Below, one piece after another: positions 55,729 to 64,000 of a stretch of 64,000 nucleotides of DNA. Every line of letters starts with the position of its first letter. Position 1 is the first letter of the stretch. A program made the position numbers and the translations under genes. The stretch is from Geminicoccaceae bacterium (GTDB lineage: Bacteria; Pseudomonadota; Alphaproteobacteria; Geminicoccales; Geminicoccaceae), in contig CBDCTL010000010.1 of NCBI GenBank assembly GCA_965222015.1, forward strand, positions 47,905 to 111,904. The letters run 5' to 3'. Below the pieces are notes generated by a model. That model did not search any database. It worked only from the letters and a program-made list of their open reading frames with translations, and had not been told where the DNA came from.

Positions 55729-57246
55729 TCAACCGGCCGACGGCCGGTCGAACAGACCAGGTTTGCCCCGCGGCCGGTCCGAAAGGCCGGCATCGAGCGC
55801 GAGGTCGACGGCGGCACCGGACCGGTCCGCCGGCAGGCTGAGCGCCATCTCCAGAAAACGTTCGATCTCGTCCTCGGCGACACGGCTCTTGGTGAGGTTT
55901 TCGAACTTCCGCCGATAATCCTCCGGCCCCCAGGGACTGTCGCCCCTCGGATGGGCGTTGGCGACGCGCAGCTCGTCCTCGAAGGTCGTGCCGTCCGCAT
56001 AGGTGACCACCACCCTGGCACCGTGGGCCTTGTCCAGCGGTGCCGGATCGGTGAAGGCGCGGGTCCATTCGGGATCGGCGACCGTGCGCACCTTTTGCCA
56101 GAGAGCGACCGTATCCGGCCTCGAGACGCGCGCCGGGGCGTAGCTGGCGTCGTGATCCCAGACACCGTCCTGGAGCGCCACGGTGAAGATGAACATGGCG
56201 GAGTGATCCAGCGTCTCGCGCCTGGCCTTCGGGTCCCATTTCTCGGGATCGCCGGCGCCCGAGCCCATCACCAGATGGGTCAGTTCCTTGGTGCGGATCG
56301 CGATGTCTTTGACCTTGTCGACGTTGCCGATCTCATCTCGAATCTTGAAAGCGAGATCGATCAATGCCTGGCCGTGATAGCCGGCCGAATGCTCCTTGGG
56401 ATAGGTCTCCAGGATGGCGCGGCAGGGTTCGCCTCGTTCGGGCAACGGCACGATCGTTTCACTGTCCGGGCCGCCCAAAAGGATCGCCAGGAGGCCGTAA
56501 TCGCCTTCGTAGACGGGGGCCGGGCTGGTCTCGCCGCGCATCGCGCGATCAAGGGCGAGCATGGCGATCTGGCCGACATGGCCGGGCGCGTTGGCTTTGT
56601 ACGAGGAAATCTCGCCCTTGCGGGTCTGGCGCGTCGAGACCGCGAGCTGGGCTGCGAGGTTCACGGCGTGGTAGATCACCTCGGTGTCGAGCGCCAGTAT
56701 CGCACCGAGGCCGGCGGCGACCGCGGGGCCGAGATGGGCGACATGGTCGATCCGGTGGCGGTTGAGCGCGATGCCCTTCACCAGATCCACCTGGATCTCA
56801 TAGGCGGTGACGATGCCGCGGAGCAGCGCCTCGGCGCCAAGCCCCTTCGCTTCGGCGATCGCGGCGATCGGGCCGATGACGTCGCCGGGATGGCTGGAGT
56901 CGATCGCAAAGAAACTGTCGTTGAAATCGAGCTCGCGGATCGCGCTGGCATTGGCGTAGCCGCCCCAGAACGGATCGACGGCGGCGCGCCGGCCGAGGCC
57001 GATCAGGCTGGAGCCTGGTGTCTGCGGATGAGCGAGCGCAGCACCCTGCGCCGAGATCACCGAGGGGCGGTCGAGGGCCGCGATCGCGACCGCCCAGTCG
57101 TCGACGATGCGAAGGGCCGCCATCTCGGCGGCGGCGGGATCGAGAGGTGCCTGATCCGCCGCGACCGCGGCGATCTTCCAGGCGAGTTGTTCTTCTCGTG
57201 TGATCCGCTCGCCCGCTTTTTGCGGACGCACCTTGTGCTCGATCAC
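55729..57246 (-). CDS. MmgE/PrpD-family protein (third copy)
   Basis: 505 aa. NASAIRELDFNDSF, HPGD, THLVMGSGAGDPEKW, typical of the PrpD fold family. ATGA-type overlap with tctA. Confidence 0.88.
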   Translation of the reverse strand: MIEHKVRPQKAGERITREEQLAWKIAAVAADQAPLDPAAAEMAALRIVDDWAVAIAALDRPSVISAQGAALAHPQTPGSSLIGLGRRAAVDPFWGGYANASAIRELDFNDSFFAIDSSHPGDVIGPIAAIAEAKGLGAEALLRGIVTAYEIQVDLVKGIALNRHRIDHVAHLGPAVAAGLGAILALDTEVIYHAVNLAAQLAVSTRQTRKGEISSYKANAPGHVGQIAMLALDRAMRGETSPAPVYEGDYGLLAILLGGPDSETIVPLPERGEPCRAILETYPKEHSAGYHGQALIDLAFKIRDEIGNVDKVKDIAIRTKELTHLVMGSGAGDPEKWDPKARRETLDHSAMFIFTVALQDGVWDHDASYAPARVSRPDTVALWQKVRTVADPEWTRAFTDPAPLDKAHGARVVVTYADGTTFEDELRVANAHPRGDSPWGPEDYRRKFENLTKSRVAEDEIERFLEMALSLPADRSGAAVDLALDAGLSDRPRGKPGLFDRPSAG

Positions 57247-58754
57247 GCCTCGATGTCCTCCGCTGCCGCGGTCCGTTGCTTTCTCATGTCCCGGACATCG
57301 CGGATCGCGGAGCCAACGATGAAGACGACCGCGGTGATGAGGAGGCCGAGCGAGATCGGATCTTCGATGAAGACGCGATGCTCGCCACCGGTGAGCAGGA
57401 GCGAGCGGCGGTAGTTCGCCTCGATCAGATAGCCGAGCACCAGGCCAAGCACCAGCGGCAGGAACGGGAAGCCGAGAAGCCGCATGACATAGCCGACGGC
57501 GCCCGCGAACAGCACGAGATAGAGGTCGAAGAGGGTGTTGTCGATCGAGTAGATGCCCGAGAAGATCAGCGCGTAGATGCCAGCCAGCAGATAGGGCTTC
57601 GGCCGGTTGACCAGCCAGATCGCGGGCGTCAGCAGGAGGATGCCGATCAGGAGCTGTGCGACATTGGCGACCAGGAGCCCGCCGAACAGGCCGTAGACGA
57701 CGTCCGGTCGCTGCTCGAACAGGAGCGGCCCCGGCTGCATGCCGTGGATCAGAAGGCCGCCCAGAAGGATCGCGGTCGAGTTCGAGCCCGGGATGCCGAA
57801 GGACAGCACCGGGATGATCGCGGTGCCGGCGACCGTGTTGTTGGCGGCTTCGGGGGCGACGATCGCCTCGTCCGAGCCCTTGCCGAATTTTTCGGGCGTC
57901 TTCGACCAGCGGCGCGCCTCGTTATAGGCCATGAAGGAGGCGATGGTGCCGCCGGCACCCGGCATGCAGCCCTCGAAGGCGCCGATGCCGGATCCGATCA
58001 GCTGCGGCCTGGTCAGCCTTCGGAACTGGGCCCAGCTCGGCAGCACGATGCGCATCTGCCGGCTCGCCTTCTGCTGCTCCCGATCAGGCTCGCCCGCCTG
58101 CACCAGAAGTTCGGAGACCGCGAACACGCCGACCATCACCAGAATGAACGGAATGCCGCCCAGCAGTTCCGGTGCGCCATAGGTAAAGCGGTTGACGCCG
58201 GAAACCGGATCGGTGCCGACGGTCGCGATCATCAGCCCGACGATGCCCGCCATCAGCCCTTTGACCAGGGATCCGGACGAGAGGGATGCGATGACGCTGA
58301 GCCCGAGAATGCCGAGGGAGAAATAGGCGGGCGGCGTGAAGTAAAGAGCAACGCCGGCGAGCGGCTTGGTCAGAAGGATCAGGCAGAGAATGCCGATCAG
58401 CCCGCCGAACACGCCGGAGATCAGGGAAAGGCCGAGCGCCTCGCCGCCCTTGCCCTGCTTGTGCATCTCGTAACCGTCGATCGCGGTCGCGGCGGCGGCG
58501 TTGGTGCCGGGCGTGCGGATCAGGATCGCCGGGATCGAGCCGCCATATTCCGCACCCACATAGGTCGAGGCGAGCAGCACGACCGCGGTCACCGGCTCCA
58601 TGGTGTAGGTGAAGGGCAGCAGCAGCGCCATGGTGATCGAGGGCGAGATGCCCGGCAGCGCTCCGCCCAGAATGCCCCAGGCGACGCCACCGAACGCCGC
58701 GAAGATCGCAGGCGTCGTGGTCAGTGCGGTCCAGGCGTGGCCGAGCCCTTCCAT
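57243..58754 (-). CDS. tctA: Tripartite tricarboxylate transporter permease (TctA family)
   Basis: 503 aa, polytopic. LPGISPSITMALLLPFT, GAEYGGSIPAILIRTPGT, GIPGSNSTAILLGGL. Confidence 0.9.
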   Translation of the reverse strand: MEGLGHAWTALTTTPAIFAAFGGVAWGILGGALPGISPSITMALLLPFTYTMEPVTAVVLLASTYVGAEYGGSIPAILIRTPGTNAAAATAIDGYEMHKQGKGGEALGLSLISGVFGGLIGILCLILLTKPLAGVALYFTPPAYFSLGILGLSVIASLSSGSLVKGLMAGIVGLMIATVGTDPVSGVNRFTYGAPELLGGIPFILVMVGVFAVSELLVQAGEPDREQQKASRQMRIVLPSWAQFRRLTRPQLIGSGIGAFEGCMPGAGGTIASFMAYNEARRWSKTPEKFGKGSDEAIVAPEAANNTVAGTAIIPVLSFGIPGSNSTAILLGGLLIHGMQPGPLLFEQRPDVVYGLFGGLLVANVAQLLIGILLLTPAIWLVNRPKPYLLAGIYALIFSGIYSIDNTLFDLYLVLFAGAVGYVMRLLGFPFLPLVLGLVLGYLIEANYRRSLLLTGGEHRVFIEDPISLGLLITAVVFIVGSAIRDVRDMRKQRTAAAEDIEA

Positions 58755-58781
58755 GTCGATCCCCCCGAAACCCCGCCCTGT

Positions 58782-59294
58782 TCAGCCGAAGCCGAGCGAC
58801 GGAATGAGCGCACCCGCAGGCAGCGAAATGCCGAGAAATTCGACGAACAGAAGATGAAAAAAAATACCGCCGGCTATGGCGATCAGAAAGGTGCGTGCGG
58901 TCGGCTTCGCACCGATATAGAGGGACACGGCGAGCAGCAGGGCGGCGATCGTGATCGCATAGCCGAGCCAGGACACCAGGAGCAGATAGCCGACGCCTAT
59001 CGCCAGCATGCCGATGGCGCGCAGATGGGGCTGCATCGCTTCGAAGAGTGGCTGCTTGCCATCGCCCGTCTCGGCCTCCGCGGACCGGCGATCAAGGGCG
59101 CCTTCGACGATGCTCCGGACGATCAGCACGACGGCGAGCGCGCCGAGCGCATAGGCCAGCGCCTTCGGCAAGCCGGCGGCGCCGACCGGGCCGTCGAGCG
59201 GGCTGATCTTGATCTTGTCCGCCTCCAGCCAGTAGACGACGGCCACGAGCATCATCACGAGCCCTATCCAGGTATCGCGGTTGATGAAGCTCAT
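58782..59294 (-). CDS. tctB: Tripartite tricarboxylate transporter small subunit (TctB family)
   Basis: 170 aa, four TM, positioned between the TctC and TctA genes. Confidence 0.8.
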   Translation of the reverse strand: MSFINRDTWIGLVMMLVAVVYWLEADKIKISPLDGPVGAAGLPKALAYALGALAVVLIVRSIVEGALDRRSAEAETGDGKQPLFEAMQPHLRAIGMLAIGVGYLLLVSWLGYAITIAALLLAVSLYIGAKPTARTFLIAIAGGIFFHLLFVEFLGISLPAGALIPSLGFG

Positions 59295-59340
59295 GGCGCG
59301 CCGTCCGCTGAAGGCTGGCCGAGGTCGTCAGGCCTGACGA

Positions 59341-60315
59341 TCAATCCTCGGTGATGCCGTATTCCTTGAAGAACGCCTGCTGCTCGGTGGCGAACTCTTC
59401 GAGGAAGGGATTGTAGAGAGCGGTGCCCATGAAGAACGGCACCAGGCTCTGCGCCTCGTACCATTCCTTGAACGCCTCGTCCTCGAGCACGCCCTGGATC
59501 GCGGCTTCCCACTTGGCGGTGATGTCCTCAGGCAGGCCGGCGGGCCCGGCGATACCGCGGAACTTGTTCACGACCAGATCGATGCCCTGCTCCTTGGCGG
59601 TCGGCACGTCGGCGAAGTCGTCGAGGCGCTCTTCGGTATAGGTGGTGATGATGCGCACCTCGCCGGCCTCGAGCTGGGCGGACAGCTCCTGGATCTCGCC
59701 GATGCCGAGGGAGACGGTGCCGTTCAGCACGCTGATCAGCAGCTCGCCGCCGCCGTCATGGGTGACCACGGGCGAGGTCACGCCGGTCAGCGCCTTGAAC
59801 TTCTCCATCACCTGACGATCGAGCGAGCCCGGCGTGGTGACGCCGAATATCACGGCCGCCGGATCGGCTTTCGCCGCCTCGACCACGTCGGTCATGCTGG
59901 TGAACGGGCTGTCCGCCTTCACGTAGACGATCTGCGGATCGAGGAAGACGTTGGTGACGCCCATCAGATCCTTGTAGGTGTGTTCCGGCTCGGACAGCAG
60001 CGAGGTGTTGATGAAGGTCGGCGTGGTGCCGTAGAAGATCGAGCCGTCGGCGGGTGAGGTCGCGAGCTTGGCCATGGCCTTGGCGCCGGAGCCGCCGCGC
60101 ACGTTCTCGACCACGAACTCGGCGCCGAGATAGGGGCCGAGATGCTTCACCATCTCGCGCAGGAACACGTCCGTGCCGCCGCCCTCGCGGGAATGCGTCA
60201 CCAGCGTCACGGTGTCGTGGGGATAGTCCTGCGCCGTGGCGGCACCGCCGGCGGTGCCGATCGCTGCGGCCGCGATCACGGCGGCACGAAGGCAGCTTTG
60301 GATGTTGGAAATCAT
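59341..60315 (-). CDS. tctC: Tripartite tricarboxylate transporter substrate-binding protein (TctC/Bug family)
   Basis: Signal peptide then ...VENVRGGSGAKAM..., the Bug-family pattern. ATG 60315 after GAGGGAGGA is preferred over the ORF-track start at 60357. Confidence 0.9.
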   Translation of the reverse strand: MISNIQSCLRAAVIAAAAIGTAGGAATAQDYPHDTVTLVTHSREGGGTDVFLREMVKHLGPYLGAEFVVENVRGGSGAKAMAKLATSPADGSIFYGTTPTFINTSLLSEPEHTYKDLMGVTNVFLDPQIVYVKADSPFTSMTDVVEAAKADPAAVIFGVTTPGSLDRQVMEKFKALTGVTSPVVTHDGGGELLISVLNGTVSLGIGEIQELSAQLEAGEVRIITTYTEERLDDFADVPTAKEQGIDLVVNKFRGIAGPAGLPEDITAKWEAAIQGVLEDEAFKEWYEAQSLVPFFMGTALYNPFLEEFATEQQAFFKEYGITED

Positions 60316-60462
60316 GGGATCCTCCCTCGGGGACGCATGCGCCGCCCATTCCGTCAAACAAGAGCAGGGAGAATTTCAGATGCGCTTTCGATGGTCAACT
60401 GCCAAGACATTGTTATTCCTACGACGATACGCAACCTGAGGCGCTGTTGGCGGGGGTGAACG

Positions 60463-61827
60463 ATGGACGACAGAACGTTGACGCGAGCGATGGCCGACTA
60501 TCTCGCGAGAGCGTCGAAACGGCCGCTTCCGGACGAGATCGCAGCAAAGGCGAAACTGCACCTGCTCGATACGCTAGCGGCTATCGTCAGCGGCCAGCAG
60601 CTCCGCGCCGGGCGTGAGGCCATGGCCTATGTCGGCCGTCAGGGCGGCCCGGCGCAGGCCGGAATCCCCGGCAGTACCGTGGTCACCGACGCCGTGAACG
60701 CGGCCTTCGCAGGCGCCATGGCCGCCCATGCGGACGAGACGGACGATTCCCATCTCGGCGGCCGTTTCCATCCGGGCTGCGCCGTCGTGCCGGCGGCGCT
60801 CGCGGTCGGCGAGCTTCGGGGCCGAAGCGGCGGGCAACTGCTGCGCGCGATCGCAGCCGGTTACGACATCGGCGCACGATCGACCATGGCGCTCGGTTTT
60901 TCCGCACCCAGGAGTGGCACCCATTCCACCCACTGCCTCGGCGCCAATTTCGGTGCGGCGGCGGCCGCCGGCGTCATGGCCGGCCTGGACGCCGAGCGCT
61001 GGGAGTATCTCCTGTCCTACGCCACCCAGCAGGCCTCGGGCATCGCCTACTGGCAGCGGGATTCCGAGCATGTCGAAAAGGCCTTCGACTTCGGCGGCAT
61101 GGCGGCGAGGAACGGTGTGTTCGCCGCGCTTTTCATCGCCGGCGGGGCGAGCGGCGTCACCGGCTCGCTCACCGGCGAGCATTCCTATATCTCGGCCTTC
61201 GCCGAAAACCCGAAGCCCGAAGCGCTGGTCGATGGCCTCGGCGAGCGCTTCGAGATCATGCGGGCCTCGATCAAGAAATGGTGCGTCGGCTCGCCGATCC
61301 AGGCCGCCCTCGATTCCGTGACCGCGCTGATCGAGCGGCATCGGCTGCAGGCCGACGAGGTTGAAAGCGTGAGGGCCATCATCCCCGACGACCGGTTCGT
61401 GATCGTCAATGATCGGGACATGCCGGATGTCTGCCTACAGCATCTGGTGGCGCTGGCCCTGGTCGACGGCGGCGTGACCTTCGCTTCGTCCCACGACGCC
61501 GACCGGATGCGCGAACCGGCTGTTATAGCCGTTCGAGAAAAAATCGAGGCGGTTCCAAGCCCGGAGCTGACCGTCGCGAAGCCGGCGCGGCAGGCGATCA
61601 TCGAGGTCGAGACGACCGACGGCCGGTCCCTTCGGCACCACACCCGCGCCGTGCTCGGCACGCCGGACAACCCGATGGACGAGCGCCAGGTCGAGGCAAA
61701 AGCGCGCGACCTGATCCGCCCTGTGCTCGGCGCCGATCGCAGCGAGGCTTTGATCGAGGCAGTGCGCCGGGTCGACGAGATCGACGATCTGACCGCGCTT
61801 CGGCCGCTCTGGCGGCCCGGTCCCTGA
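60463..61827 (+). CDS. MmgE/PrpD-family protein (fourth copy)
   Basis: 454 aa. LLDTLAAIVSG, AHADETDDSH, RFHPGCAVVPAALA, IKKWCVGSPIQAALD. Confidence 0.9.
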   Translation: MDDRTLTRAMADYLARASKRPLPDEIAAKAKLHLLDTLAAIVSGQQLRAGREAMAYVGRQGGPAQAGIPGSTVVTDAVNAAFAGAMAAHADETDDSHLGGRFHPGCAVVPAALAVGELRGRSGGQLLRAIAAGYDIGARSTMALGFSAPRSGTHSTHCLGANFGAAAAAGVMAGLDAERWEYLLSYATQQASGIAYWQRDSEHVEKAFDFGGMAARNGVFAALFIAGGASGVTGSLTGEHSYISAFAENPKPEALVDGLGERFEIMRASIKKWCVGSPIQAALDSVTALIERHRLQADEVESVRAIIPDDRFVIVNDRDMPDVCLQHLVALALVDGGVTFASSHDADRMREPAVIAVREKIEAVPSPELTVAKPARQAIIEVETTDGRSLRHHTRAVLGTPDNPMDERQVEAKARDLIRPVLGADRSEALIEAVRRVDEIDDLTALRPLWRPGP

Positions 61828-61842
61828 ACCGCTCTGTTCGCT

Positions 61843-62967
61843 TCAACCGACCGCCAGCCAGCCGTCTTCCTTTGCCGAGCGGTGGATGGTTTCGACCAGG
61901 GTCTGGATGTGCAGGCCTTTTCTGAAGTTGAAAGGCTCCTCGGCCCTGCCGGCGATGGCCTCGAGATAGCCCGCGACCTCGATCGCCTTCAGGTCATTGA
62001 AGCCGAGCTGATGGCCGGGCGCCACGCAGAAAAGGCCGTAGGGCGCATGCTCCGGCCCGGCCTCGATGCGCCGAAAGCCACGCCTTCCGGCTGCATCGCC
62101 GGCATCGTAGAAATGGAGCTCGTTGAAACGCTCCTGGCTGAAGATCAGCGCCCCCTCGCTGCCATAGACCTCGAAGTCGTGCTGCATCTTGCGGCCGGTT
62201 GCGAGCCAGTTGGCCTCGATGCTGCCGGAGGCGCCATTGGCGAACCGCAGGAATGCGCGGCCGACATCGTCGACCTCGATCTTTCGATTGCCGCCGTTGC
62301 CGTCCGGACGGTTCGCGATCGCCGTGACGCAGTCGCCCATCACCCGCTCGATCGGGCCGAGCAGATATTCCGCGGTGGCGAGCGCATGGCTGCCGATGTC
62401 GGCGAGCGCGCCGCCGCCTGCCGGATCGTGGCGGAAGGTGACGGGGCTCTCTGCGTCCATCATGTAGTCCTCGGCATGGATCCCGCGAAAACTTCGGATC
62501 TCGCCGAGCGCGCCGCTCTCGATCAATGTCTTCGCATGGCCGAGCATGGGGTTGCAGAGATAGTTGAAGCCGACCTGGGTCCTGATCCCGGCCGCCTCGG
62601 CGGCGTCCGCCATTTCTCGCGCGTCCGCGGCGAGGGGGGCGAGCGGCTTTTCGCAATAGACATGCTTGCCGGCCGCGATCGCCTCGAGCGCCATCTCCTT
62701 GTGCAGGGCGTTCGGAGCCGTGATGTCGATCACGTCGATCTCGGGATTGGCGATCAGGCTTTTCCAGTCGCCGCTGAAGTTCGAAAAGCCGAAGCCGCTC
62801 GCGGCCTCGGCGGCGAGTTCGTCGGTGCGATCGGCGACCGTGTGCAGGACGATCTCGTAGGGCAGATCGAACACCCGCTGCGCCGCGGCGAAGCCGAACA
62901 CATGGGCCTTGCCCATGAAGCCGGTGCCGATCAAACCGATCTTCAGTTCGGGCTTGTCACTCGCCAT
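61843..62967 (-). CDS. Gfo/Idh/MocA-family oxidoreductase
   Basis: KIGLIGTGFMGKAH Rossmann motif, HVYCEKPLA. 374 aa, divergent from iolD. Confidence 0.9.
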   Translation of the reverse strand: MASDKPELKIGLIGTGFMGKAHVFGFAAAQRVFDLPYEIVLHTVADRTDELAAEAASGFGFSNFSGDWKSLIANPEIDVIDITAPNALHKEMALEAIAAGKHVYCEKPLAPLAADAREMADAAEAAGIRTQVGFNYLCNPMLGHAKTLIESGALGEIRSFRGIHAEDYMMDAESPVTFRHDPAGGGALADIGSHALATAEYLLGPIERVMGDCVTAIANRPDGNGGNRKIEVDDVGRAFLRFANGASGSIEANWLATGRKMQHDFEVYGSEGALIFSQERFNELHFYDAGDAAGRRGFRRIEAGPEHAPYGLFCVAPGHQLGFNDLKAIEVAGYLEAIAGRAEEPFNFRKGLHIQTLVETIHRSAKEDGWLAVG

Positions 62968-63074
62968 GGCGTTCAGCTCCCCTTGCGCGGCCGGCCCGGC
63001 ACTATGCGGGTTCGAGATCGCCGGATCCAGCGCGAAAAAACCCCGACGCCGGCGGTGGGTGGCGGCGCAGTCTG

Positions 63075-63110
63075 ATCAAATTTTGCAATGTTCCTTGCGT
63101 AGAATTTGAT
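63075..63110. promoter_or_regulatory. Inverted repeat in the AT-rich divergent iolD promoter region
   Basis: ATCAAATT (63075-63082) and AATTTGAT (63103-63110) are separated by 20 nt that contain TTCC-n6-AGAA. Confidence 0.25.
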
Positions 63111-63166
63111 TTGTCAATGGACATTTCGTGATTATGCTGGGATGGCATACCGAGGGAGGCTGAAGG

Positions 63167-64000
63167 ATGGGGCAGGGTACCGTTCGTTTGACCATGGCGC
63201 AGGCGCTGGTGCGTTATCTGTGCCACCAGTTCACCGAGATCGACGGCGAGCGCGTGCCGCTGTTCGCCGGCGTGTTCGGCATTTTCGGCCATGGCAACGT
63301 GACCTGCCTGTCCGAGGCGCTGGAGCGGGTGCAGGATCAGCTGCCGACCTGGCGCGGTCAGAACGAGCAGTCCATGGCGCTGGCGGCGATCGCCTATGCC
63401 AAGGCCAAAAAGCGCCGGCAGATCATGATCGCGACCTCGTCGATCGGTCCGGGCGCCCTCAACATGGTGACCGCAGCGGGCGTCGCCCATTCCAACCGCC
63501 TGCCGGTCCTCCTTCTCTCCGGCGACGTCTTCGCCAACCGCGTGCCGGACCCGGTGCTGCAGCAGGTCGAGCATTTCGGCGATCCGACGATTTCCGTCAA
63601 CGACGCCTTCAAGGCGGTCAGCCGCTACTGGGACCGCATCACCGTGCCGGAGCAGATCATCTCCTCGCTGCCCCAGGCGGTCGCCACCATGCTCGATCCC
63701 GCCGATTGTGGTCCCGCCTTCATCGGCCTTTGCCAGGACACCCAGGAGATCGCCTACGACTACCCCGAAGCCTTTTTCGAGCCCAGAACCTGGCAGATCC
63801 CGCGACCGCGCGCCGACCGGAGGAAGATCGCCGAAGCGGCCGAGCTTCTGAAGACTGGAAAAAAACCGCTGATCATCGCCGGCGGCGGCGTGCGCTATTC
63901 GCTCGCGGAAGACGCCGTCGCCAGGTTCGCCTCGTCGAAAAAGATCCCGGTCGTGGAAACGATCGCGGGCAAGGGCACGCTCACCCATGAGCATGAGGTT
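63167..64000 (+). CDS. iolD: 3D-(3,5/4)-trihydroxycyclohexane-1,2-dione acylhydrolase IolD (TPP enzyme), 3'-partial
   Basis: Absent from the ORF track because it has no stop in the window. My translation from ATG 63167 (after GGGAGG) gives MGQGTVRLTMAQALVRYLCHQFTEIDGERVPLFAGVFGIFGHGNV...SSIGPGALNMVTAAGVAHSNRLPVLLLSGDVFANR..., open through base 64000. Confidence 0.85.
   Translation, partial: MGQGTVRLTMAQALVRYLCHQFTEIDGERVPLFAGVFGIFGHGNVTCLSEALERVQDQLPTWRGQNEQSMALAAIAYAKAKKRRQIMIATSSIGPGALNMVTAAGVAHSNRLPVLLLSGDVFANRVPDPVLQQVEHFGDPTISVNDAFKAVSRYWDRITVPEQIISSLPQAVATMLDPADCGPAFIGLCQDTQEIAYDYPEAFFEPRTWQIPRPRADRRKIAEAAELLKTGKKPLIIAGGGVRYSLAEDAVARFASSKKIPVVETIAGKGTLTHEHEV

Noticed and set aside
63002-63994. 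ORF-track entries 63002..63994(-) and 63106..63990(+).
   Set aside because: The third plus frame from ATG 63167 gives a textbook IolD N-terminus and stays open to the window end. The listed ORFs are shadow frames.

Overview
High-GC chromosomal segment. Gene content (IS66, TTT/Bug and TRAP transporters, MmgE/PrpD expansion, gcvTHP) suggests an alphaproteobacterium of Rhizobiales/Rhodobacterales type; that is inference only. No rRNA genes or CRISPR arrays were seen, and there is one tRNA.

Layout:
- 1-11.6 kb: a tightly packed, co-directional seven-gene array. It holds a 5'-truncated hyper-acidic repeat protein, two different T1SS ABC transporters (one with a degenerate ATPase site), a HlyD adaptor, a REC-RsbW-like ATPase, a CHASE hybrid histidine kinase with Hpt, and a CheY-like receiver.
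- 11.9-16.7 kb: a decayed IS66. Its tnpB is deleted, and its tnpC is frameshifted and hit twice by a ~78-bp MITE-like element. Next come a lower-GC GNAT gene, a threonine dehydratase and an IS630 remnant.
- 16.7-29 kb: Gly/Ser/Gln catabolism (two agcS-type symporters, glsA, an XRE-cupin regulator, glyA, gcvTHP, sdaA).
- 29-36 kb: an AbrB-type membrane protein, a multi-rhodanese protein, TauE, two MmgE/PrpD genes (one a pseudogene) and an SDR.
- 36-40.4 kb: a PAP2 remnant, a tiny hydrophobic ORF, a DUF2959 lipoprotein, DUF2252, an App1-like phosphatase and tRNA-Gly(CCC).
- 40.5-43.6 kb: an orphan MotA/MotB-like pair whose B subunit carries a ~400-aa coiled coil.
- 43.8-45.1 kb: a three-gene Co-type nitrile-hydratase-family enzyme with a split beta subunit.
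- 45.2-48.2 kb: an orphan histidine kinase flanked by two paralogous periplasmic proteins.
- ~49.5-50.5 kb: an AT-rich islet with a single HEPN-motif (RNKLAH) ORF.
- 50.6-64 kb: TRAP transporter, AlkA-like glycosylase, ComF, GrxC, TctCBA, two more MmgE/PrpD genes, a Gfo/Idh/MocA oxidoreductase and 3'-partial iolD.

Many long ORFs in the six-frame track are antisense artefacts of the high GC content. Several single-nucleotide frame disruptions occur in the window and could be biological decay or assembly error.
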